63,818 nucleotides of DNA from positions 1 to 63,818 of IMG/VR virus record IMGVR_UViG_3300034069_001263. One strand, 5' to 3'. The notes under the pieces are model-generated. The model made no database searches and had not been told where the DNA came from. It saw nothing but the letters and a program-made list of their open reading frames with translations. Every line of letters starts with the position of its first letter. The stretch's first letter is position 1. This DNA comes from a virus. Below, in pieces: positions 57,135 to 63,818 of the stretch. The translations under genes were made by a program, and so were the position numbers.

Positions 57135-60100
57135 ATGGCTACCAGTCGGAACTCCGATGTTAATCTAGTCATCAAGGCTCGCACTGAGGGCGAGAAAGCT
57201 ATCGCTTCACTCGGTGAAGCTTTGCAGCAGGTATTTCAGGGTGCTAAAGATGGATCTTCCGATCTCGGTAGATTAGCGGGGGCACTCGCCAGTCTGGACA
57301 AGGCTGCTGCGTCGGTTGTGGGCACGAGTGAGCGCACTTCGGCTTCAATCAGTAAATCAGCTACTGCGGCCCATGCTGCGGCTGCCGCACTTAGCGAGCA
57401 ACAGGGGCGAGTCGAGACCCTGACTCGGGCCGTTTCACTACTTCAAACTGAAGCGGATAAGGCGTTTATTGGACCGAAGCGAGATGGCTTGAGCGAAACG
57501 CTCAAGTCCGCGCAAGGTCAGTTGCGTCAAGCCGAGTCGGCTGTTCAGCGTTTCGAGCGTGCCTACGAGAAAGCAATTAACGGCGTACAGTCTGGACGAT
57601 CTTCTCTTCTTGATCTCAAGTCTGTGTATCGTGACGTTGCCGATGGCCAGAACATTGCACGAGAGCGCATAGACCAAGCAACTGAGTCCCTGAACAGGCA
57701 AAGCGAAGCCGCTCGCACTCTCAATAATATCCAAGCATCGCAGTACCGCGACTCGGGTAAAAGTGCAGAAAGATCAGCGAGTATATTCGCGGCAGGCTTG
57801 ACTGCAACTGAGCGTTCATTGAACGCGGCTGATGAATTGCGGCGCAAAGAAGACGCTGTTGCTCAGACGCTTCGGCAGCAGAATGAACTACGCGAAAAAG
57901 GCGCGGCGCTTCGATCTATCCAAGCATCGCAGTACCGGGACTCGGGCAAGTCGGCCGAACTCTCGGCTCAGGTGTTCGCGGCCGGGCCGACGACGTTCGA
58001 GCGCAACACCGCTGCCGCCGCTTCGCAGGCCGATGCCGTGGAGGCGAAGAACGCTGAAGCGCAGGCGAATCGCGAGGCAGCCGTCGCCCACGCCATGTTT
58101 GAGGCGCGGGTGCGTGCTGGCGTTCAGGCGCTGAAGGAAGAGGAGCAAGCCGCTCGCGACGCCGCCAAGGCCGTCAACGATCAGGCCATTCACGAAGCCG
58201 CTGTCGCGCATCAGATGTTTGAGGCGCGGGTGCGTGCCGGTGTCGAGGCGTTGAAAGCGGAAGAGCAGCAGGCGGCGCGTGATGCGGCCGACGCCAAGGC
58301 GCTGGCCGCAGCGCTCGACCCCCTGGCGGTGCTGCAGGAACGGTACAACGTCGCACTCGCCCGCGCCCGCGAGCTGAAAGACGCCGGCCGGCTGAGCGGC
58401 GAAGCGCTGGCCCGTACCGAGGTGCGTCTCGCCGCCGAACTGGAAGCGGGCAAGAAGTCGCTGGAGGCGGGCGCTGCGGTCGGCAAGCTGGGGTTGTTCG
58501 GTCTCAAGCCCTACGAGGTGCAGAACCTCAGCTACCAGATCAACGACGTTGTGACCGGCCTCGCTTCCGGTCAGCACCTCTCCCAGGTGGTAGCGCAGCA
58601 GGGCGGCCAGATCCTGCAGCTTTTTCCGAAGGTTGGCGGGGTGGTGCTCGGCGCGCTGTCGAACCCCGGCATCCTGGCGGGTGTCGCGACGTTCGTGGCG
58701 CTGGGCGTAGCGATCAAAGGCGCCGCGGACGACGCGGGCCGGCTTCGCGGCTGGACGGCGCAACTCAGCTTCCGATCGGACGGTGGCAGCTACAACGCCG
58801 CCGCGCTGGCCGACGAGCAGAAGCAGCTTCAGCGGCTGGGCGCATCAGCCGACGACGCCAAGGCCGCCCTCAGCACATTTCTCGACCACGGCATTTCGCC
58901 GGACCGGCTCGCCACGTTCGGCCGCGTCGCTTCAGAGACGGCGGAGACCCTGGGCATCAAACTGCCCGAAGCGGCGACGCTGCTCGCCGAGGCGTTCTCC
59001 GGCGGGTATGACGCCGTCGTGAAGCTGGACGACAAGCTCAACTTCCTGACCGCCAGCCAGCGCACCCAGATCCGCACCCTGTTCGAACAGGGTGACGCGC
59101 AGAAGGCTCAAGCCGAAGCGCTCGACATCTACATCGGCAAGCAGGATGAGCTCGCCCGTAAATCAAGGGGCGAGTGGGGCGATGCCGTTCGGTCGCTGAC
59201 CAGTTCCGTCCACGCGCTGTTCGACGCGCTGGGCGGCAACGTCGTCATCCAGCACCTTCTGGCGGACTTCACCGAGTTCGCGCGCAAGATCAGCGACATC
59301 GCGCGCGACGTGGACCGCATCGTCAACGCGGCCAAGATCGCCGAAGCGGCCCGTGACCTGAACAGCAGCGCCGATGCGGTGGCGGCAGCCGAAAAGTCGG
59401 GCGATCCGGTGAGGGTTGCTGCGGCGCGGCGTGCCAACGCCGATGCGGCGCGACGGCTTGAAGCCGCCCAGGGCAACCCGCAGGACGCCGCTGACCCTGG
59501 TGGCGCGGTCACGACCGGTGGTGGAAACAGCACGCAGGCCAAGCAGGACGCCGACAAGGTCCACCAAATCCAGATCGAGGAGGACTTGCAGCGGCTCCGC
59601 GACGCCGGCCAGCAGCGGCTCCTCACCACACAGGAGCGCACCCAGCGCGAGTTCCTGGCAGGGGAGCAGGCTGCCCGATCCGCCACGGATGCCGCGGTCG
59701 CAGCAGCGGAGCGCCGTCGCGCCGTCGCGCATGAGACGGCCACGATCGAGAAGGAGAGCGACGCGCGCTCGAAACAGGCCGCCGCCGATCGCGAGAAGGA
59801 GATCCACCAGTTCGAGGGTCGCGTCATCGGCGCGGAAGGCGGGGCGGGGAAGAACCCGTACTCCTCCGCGTCGGGCTATGGGCAGTTCACCGAGACGACG
59901 TGGCTGAGCCTGGCGAAGAAGGTCTACCCCGACATGACCTCGGGGATGAGCCGCGACCAGGTGCTGGCGCTGCGTCAGAACGAGGCCGTCGCGCGCGGCA
60001 TCATCGACGAATATGCGCGCGAGAACGCCAAGTTCCTAGAATCGTTCGGCGGCAAGGTCACCGCCGGCAACCTGTACCTCGCTCATTTCCTGGGTGGGGC

Positions 60101-61535
60101 AGGGGCCAAGGCGGTGCTGACCGCGGGCGCCGACACGCCGGTTGATACGGTGCTGCGCCGGATGCCCAACGCCGATGCGGTCCTATCAGGGAACAAGTCG
60201 TACCTCCGCACCGATGGCGGGAAGGGTCGCTATCGCACGTCGGGCGAACTGCAGACGTTCATGGCGGCGCGCATGGGCGACACGGGACAGGCCCAGACGG
60301 AGGGGCAGGCCGCCATCGCGAACCTAATCCAGGAAGCGACCAACCGGCAGAACAACTTCAACGAAGCGGTGCGGCACGGCGTGGAGGATCGCCAGGACGC
60401 CGTAAAGGCGTTGCAGCAGGAAGTGGGGCTCTACGGCACGGCGCTGATCGCGGCGCAGCGCCAGAAGGCCATCACCGACGCCGAGCGCGAGTTGCGGCAG
60501 AAGGCGGAGGACGCCAACAAGAACCTGAAGCCCGGCGAGACGCGCGTCGAAGTGTCGCCCGAGCAGATCGCTGCGGCGAAGGACGTGGCGGGGGCGCTGT
60601 TCGACGCGCAGCACGCGGCCGAGATGCTGAAGGCGTCACTAGCCGATAATCAGCGCCCGGTGGACGCCCTGGAAGAACAGAAGCGGCTCCTGGAGGCGCA
60701 GGCCGAATTCCTGCGGTCGATCGGCGAGAACAGCGCCGCCGACCATATCGACAAGCAGGTGGAGGCGCTGACGCCGAAGCTGAAAGCCGCTTACGATCAA
60801 CTCATCCAGTTCTACCAGGCGCTGTCGCCAGAGCAGCGCGTGCAGTTGGGGATCGTTGACACGAAGCAGTTCGACAACGTGATCGAGAAGCTGCAACAGG
60901 GCAAGGAACAGAGCCAGGAATGGGGGAAGGTTGCTGGCGTCTCCGCGAAGCAAATCGCACAGTCGTTCTCGTCGAGTCTGACAAACTCAATCACCAGCTT
61001 CTTGACGAAGATTACCCAGGGCAAGAACGTGTTCAAGTCGTTGGGCGAGAGCGTTCGCGAGTTCGCGGCCTCGTTCATCCAGTCAATTGCGCAGATGATC
61101 TTGCAGTTGCTGGCTTACGCCGCTGCGGTGCAGATTCTGAAAGCGCTGGGCGTTCCGGTGCCGAGCGGCGCCATGGCGGGCGTGTTCCACGGCGGCGGCA
61201 TTGTCGGTGGCAACGCTACCATGCGTTCGGTCAGCCCTGCGTGGTTTGCGACCGCACCTCGCTATCACACAGGCGGTATTGTTGGCCTCGCTCCGGATGA
61301 GCGGCCCGCCGTTTTGAAGGTCGGCGAGGAGGTGCTTCCGGACACCGACCCCCGCCACCGCGCCAATGCCGGCCGGTCGGGTGGCGGTTCGGATGCCTCG
61401 GGTCAACAGCCTCAGAACATTACCGTCATCAATGCGCAGGACCCTGAACACGCCGCCGAGATGATGCTTCGCACCAAGTCCGGTGAGCGCGCCGTGCTGA
61501 ACATTATTCGCAACAACCCGAAGGCGCTCGGTTGA
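57135..61535 (+). CDS. Tape measure protein with internal lytic transglycosylase-like domain
   Basis: 1466 aa; coiled-coil repeats; GAGKNPYSSASGYGQFTETTWL...LYLAHFLGGAGA domain. Confidence 0.9.
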   Translation: MATSRNSDVNLVIKARTEGEKAIASLGEALQQVFQGAKDGSSDLGRLAGALASLDKAAASVVGTSERTSASISKSATAAHAAAAALSEQQGRVETLTRAVSLLQTEADKAFIGPKRDGLSETLKSAQGQLRQAESAVQRFERAYEKAINGVQSGRSSLLDLKSVYRDVADGQNIARERIDQATESLNRQSEAARTLNNIQASQYRDSGKSAERSASIFAAGLTATERSLNAADELRRKEDAVAQTLRQQNELREKGAALRSIQASQYRDSGKSAELSAQVFAAGPTTFERNTAAAASQADAVEAKNAEAQANREAAVAHAMFEARVRAGVQALKEEEQAARDAAKAVNDQAIHEAAVAHQMFEARVRAGVEALKAEEQQAARDAADAKALAAALDPLAVLQERYNVALARARELKDAGRLSGEALARTEVRLAAELEAGKKSLEAGAAVGKLGLFGLKPYEVQNLSYQINDVVTGLASGQHLSQVVAQQGGQILQLFPKVGGVVLGALSNPGILAGVATFVALGVAIKGAADDAGRLRGWTAQLSFRSDGGSYNAAALADEQKQLQRLGASADDAKAALSTFLDHGISPDRLATFGRVASETAETLGIKLPEAATLLAEAFSGGYDAVVKLDDKLNFLTASQRTQIRTLFEQGDAQKAQAEALDIYIGKQDELARKSRGEWGDAVRSLTSSVHALFDALGGNVVIQHLLADFTEFARKISDIARDVDRIVNAAKIAEAARDLNSSADAVAAAEKSGDPVRVAAARRANADAARRLEAAQGNPQDAADPGGAVTTGGGNSTQAKQDADKVHQIQIEEDLQRLRDAGQQRLLTTQERTQREFLAGEQAARSATDAAVAAAERRRAVAHETATIEKESDARSKQAAADREKEIHQFEGRVIGAEGGAGKNPYSSASGYGQFTETTWLSLAKKVYPDMTSGMSRDQVLALRQNEAVARGIIDEYARENAKFLESFGGKVTAGNLYLAHFLGGAGAKAVLTAGADTPVDTVLRRMPNADAVLSGNKSYLRTDGGKGRYRTSGELQTFMAARMGDTGQAQTEGQAAIANLIQEATNRQNNFNEAVRHGVEDRQDAVKALQQEVGLYGTALIAAQRQKAITDAERELRQKAEDANKNLKPGETRVEVSPEQIAAAKDVAGALFDAQHAAEMLKASLADNQRPVDALEEQKRLLEAQAEFLRSIGENSAADHIDKQVEALTPKLKAAYDQLIQFYQALSPEQRVQLGIVDTKQFDNVIEKLQQGKEQSQEWGKVAGVSAKQIAQSFSSSLTNSITSFLTKITQGKNVFKSLGESVREFAASFIQSIAQMILQLLAYAAAVQILKALGVPVPSGAMAGVFHGGGIVGGNATMRSVSPAWFATAPRYHTGGIVGLAPDERPAVLKVGEEVLPDTDPRHRANAGRSGGGSDASGQQPQNITVINAQDPEHAAEMMLRTKSGERAVLNIIRNNPKALG

Positions 61536-62863
61536 TGCCGCTTGATCCGATTCCGCTTTGGCCATTCCCGCCCAACTGGCGGCAACCCTACACGGTGTCT
61601 TACGAGTTCAAGACGGACATCTTCACCAGTCGATCGGGCAAGGAGCAGCGGCGCGCTCAGCGCACCACGCCGCGACGGACGTTCCATTTCACGGCGACGA
61701 CGCGCGACGATGACACGCGGCTGTTCCGTCGCACCTTGGCGCTGCTGCAGGGCAAAACGCTGCTCGCGCCCGACCTGTCCCGATTCGCCACCCTGGCAAC
61801 GGCAGCGGGCGCAGGCTCCAACGCACTCCAGATCGCGGGCTCCATCCCGTCGTGGTGCGCAGGCGCCGAAGAAATCATCGTGGCGGCACGCGGCCAGCCG
61901 TATCAACTCGCACAGGTTCAGTCGGTCAAGGGCGCAACGGTCTATTTAGTTGATCCGCTCTCTGCGCCGGTGCCTGGTTTCGCGTCGCTACATCCTATCG
62001 TGCGCGGGCGGCTTCGCGACTCCACCTCGGTGAGTGACTACACTGATACGGTGCAGGAAGCCGAGGTGACGATCGCGGCCGACCCAGCGGCTGGATTGCC
62101 TGAGGATCTTGGCTCTCCGGACGATGTGTTCAACAAGCGGGAAGTGTTCACCTTCGCACCGAACCGCGTCAAGCCAATCGAAGGCGAGTTCCGCAAGTTC
62201 ATCGACACGGTGGACTTCGGAAGAGGTCGGGTGATTAATTATTTCCCCGTCGCTTTCAGCGTTCGCATGAAGCAACTGCAGATGCTGACGCCGACCGTGG
62301 ACGATCGCACGCGACTGGTTGCACTGTTCCTGCGCATGAAGGGGCAGCGCGGTGAGTTCTACATGCCGTCCTATGAGGATGACTTCACAATCCTGGACAG
62401 CACCTCGACGACGGTGACGGTGCAGGGGAACTGGGCCAATGACCTCTACCAGGGGGACGACACTCGCCGCGCGATCATGGTGGAGTGGAACGGCATCAAG
62501 TTCTATCGGCGGGTCACGGCGAGTGGTCTAAGCGGATCGAACACGGTCCTTACCACTGATGAGCCGTGGCCTTGCCCGCTGGATGATCTCGCGGTGTTGC
62601 GGTGGCTGTCGGTCTATCGGATGGGGGTCGATCAGCTATCGCTCGATTGCGTGACCAGCACCGTCTCCCAGACGCAATTGACGGTGCTGTCCCTGGAAGA
62701 TCTGCCCGTCGCACCGCCGGATGACATCTTCCCGCTGACCGATGCCGCGGCGTGGCTGGCCGACGCTTGGGGCGTGGCGTTCTCTGTGTCGCGCATTCTC
62801 GACCCACTCGACCGCATCGTCAACATCAGCTTTCCTGAGGTGAGCCGGCGCTATGTCTCTTAG
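61535..62863 (+). CDS. Distal tail protein (GTA g12 / DUF2460-like N-terminus)
   Basis: WPFPPNWRQPYTVSYEFKTDIFTSRSGKEQRRAQRTTPRRTF; TGATG junction with the tape measure (alternative TTG 61532). Confidence 0.6.
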   Translation: MPLDPIPLWPFPPNWRQPYTVSYEFKTDIFTSRSGKEQRRAQRTTPRRTFHFTATTRDDDTRLFRRTLALLQGKTLLAPDLSRFATLATAAGAGSNALQIAGSIPSWCAGAEEIIVAARGQPYQLAQVQSVKGATVYLVDPLSAPVPGFASLHPIVRGRLRDSTSVSDYTDTVQEAEVTIAADPAAGLPEDLGSPDDVFNKREVFTFAPNRVKPIEGEFRKFIDTVDFGRGRVINYFPVAFSVRMKQLQMLTPTVDDRTRLVALFLRMKGQRGEFYMPSYEDDFTILDSTSTTVTVQGNWANDLYQGDDTRRAIMVEWNGIKFYRRVTASGLSGSNTVLTTDEPWPCPLDDLAVLRWLSVYRMGVDQLSLDCVTSTVSQTQLTVLSLEDLPVAPPDDIFPLTDAAAWLADAWGVAFSVSRILDPLDRIVNISFPEVSRRYVS

Positions 62864-63725
62864 CAGTTATGAAGCATCGCGTTTCTCTGGTGATCCCGTC
62901 AATCTGTACTTGTTCAAGTACGGAGTCGGTCAAGCAAGCTATTTCGGATACACTGATGCTGAAGAAACCGTAAATTTTGGCGGTAACGATTACCAACCGA
63001 TCCCGATCGACCGCGGCAAGCTGAAGTCTACGGCTTCGATAGACAAATCTACCCTGACTGTTACGACGGAACAGGACAGCGAACTGGCAGGGCTGTATCT
63101 GAACTATCCGCCATCGTCGGTGACCACTCTTGTGATCTACCAGGGGCACGTGGACGATCCTGATCGTGACTACCGCGTGGTGTGGAGTGGAATCGTCACC
63201 TCCTGCTCCCGCAAAGGTTCGCAGGCCGAGTTCTCCTGCAAGCCGATCAGCACGATGCTCCAACGCAACGGCTGCCGGCGTCGGTACCAGTATGGTTGCC
63301 CGCATGTCCTCTACAGCCAGGGCGACGGGCTGTGCAACGCCTCCAAGGTTGATGCGACGGTCACCACCACGGTGCAGAGCATCAACGGCGCGCGCGTGAT
63401 CCTGCCGAATGGATGGTGGGGCCAGCGCGGTGCGGACAAGTTCCTCCAGGGCATGGTCGAGTGGATCGGTCTCAACGGGAACATCGAGACGCGAACGATT
63501 CTGCGCGTCGAAAGCGGTGGTTTGCGCCTACTGCTGAGCGGGCCTGCGACAGGGCTCGGACCGGGCGCGCTACTAAACGTGGTCCTGGGCTGCAACCACA
63601 AGTCCGGCACCGATGCGCAGCCTGACGGCGATTGCGGGCCGCTGCACAACAACGTGCTGAACTTCGGTGGGCAGGAGCGCATCCCGCTCACCAATCCGAT
63701 CGGGCTCGTGAACTACTACTACTAA
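62853..63725 (+). CDS. Tail protein of the DUF2163 / phage BR0599 family (GTA g13-like)
   Basis: N-terminal PVNLYLFKYG; C-terminal CNHKSGTDAQPDGDCGPLHNNVLNFGGQERIPLTNP. Confidence 0.75.
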   Translation: MSLSSYEASRFSGDPVNLYLFKYGVGQASYFGYTDAEETVNFGGNDYQPIPIDRGKLKSTASIDKSTLTVTTEQDSELAGLYLNYPPSSVTTLVIYQGHVDDPDRDYRVVWSGIVTSCSRKGSQAEFSCKPISTMLQRNGCRRRYQYGCPHVLYSQGDGLCNASKVDATVTTTVQSINGARVILPNGWWGQRGADKFLQGMVEWIGLNGNIETRTILRVESGGLRLLLSGPATGLGPGALLNVVLGCNHKSGTDAQPDGDCGPLHNNVLNFGGQERIPLTNPIGLVNYYY

Positions 63726-63818
63726 GTCTCAACATAATGTGGTAATTCCAGGTCATGCCGTTTCTTCTCCTACTGGCTGTTGTCGTTGCCCTGTTCGTAA
63801 TTAGCGTCGCGCTGATGC
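63678..63818. repeat. Terminal overlap copy 2 (identical to 1-141); includes palindrome copy 63729-63743 and the first 64 nt of the gene equivalent to 78-305
   Basis: Base-by-base identity with 1-141. Confidence 0.95.

Larger units (their letters stand above)
1..63818. mobile_element. Complete temperate siphovirus (prophage-type) genome, 63,677-bp unit plus 141-bp wrap-around
   Basis: Integrase, excisionase, S24 repressor, attP with tRNA 3' end, terminase, lambda-like head genes, tape measure and lysis genes are all present; the two window ends are identical. Confidence 0.9.

Overview
The window is one complete genome of a temperate, GC-rich, lambda-like siphovirus or prophage. The unit length is 63,677 bp; bases 1-141 recur at 63678-63818, so the contig wraps around. 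Modules in order: tail-tip and host-specificity genes (78-3149); lysis genes (3183-6668); immunity and integration (S24 CI-type repressor 7142-7864, attP carrying a tRNA 3' end at 7903-7929, P4-type integrase, excisionase); a long leftward early operon of small, translationally coupled genes (9249-16725) that includes an MT-A70 methylase, a GapR homologue, a dNMP kinase, a deoxyribosyltransferase-like gene, MazG, a J-domain protein and a P-loop protein; a rightward block of small genes ending in an O-acyltransferase (16839-20948); a leftward surface-modification island (20923-23293); and a second leftward early operon (24160-32216) ending in a Prim-Pol/VirE primase-helicase and a class II aminoacyl-tRNA-synthetase-like gene beside a 0.8-kb iteron field. 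A 31-kb rightward arm follows: ECF sigma factor, DUF2800 nuclease, DUF2815 SSB-like protein, C5 methylase, DNA polymerase with family-B motifs, SF2 helicase, VRR-NUC, XRE regulator, tailspike, Nu1/GpA-type terminase, lambda-like head genes (W, portal, S49 protease, D, E), connectors, tail tube, G/GT chaperone with a canonical GGGAAAG -1 frameshift, tape measure and GTA-like distal tail proteins. An alphaproteobacterial host is inferred from GapR, the MmcB-like protein and the BR0599-type genes. Five signals are not explained by standard annotation. (1) About 25 copies of the palindrome TCAACA-N3-TGTTGA lie in nearly every intergenic gap. (2) A two-family iteron field with an AT-rich core lies next to the primase. 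(3) A truncated class II aaRS-like gene sits in the replication operon. (4) At least ten unrelated proteins share an acidic-LLG terminal peptide. (5) The phage ECF sigma gene is translationally coupled to a tiny membrane protein and a Cys-rich protein. All family assignments come from motifs read by eye. No database search was run.
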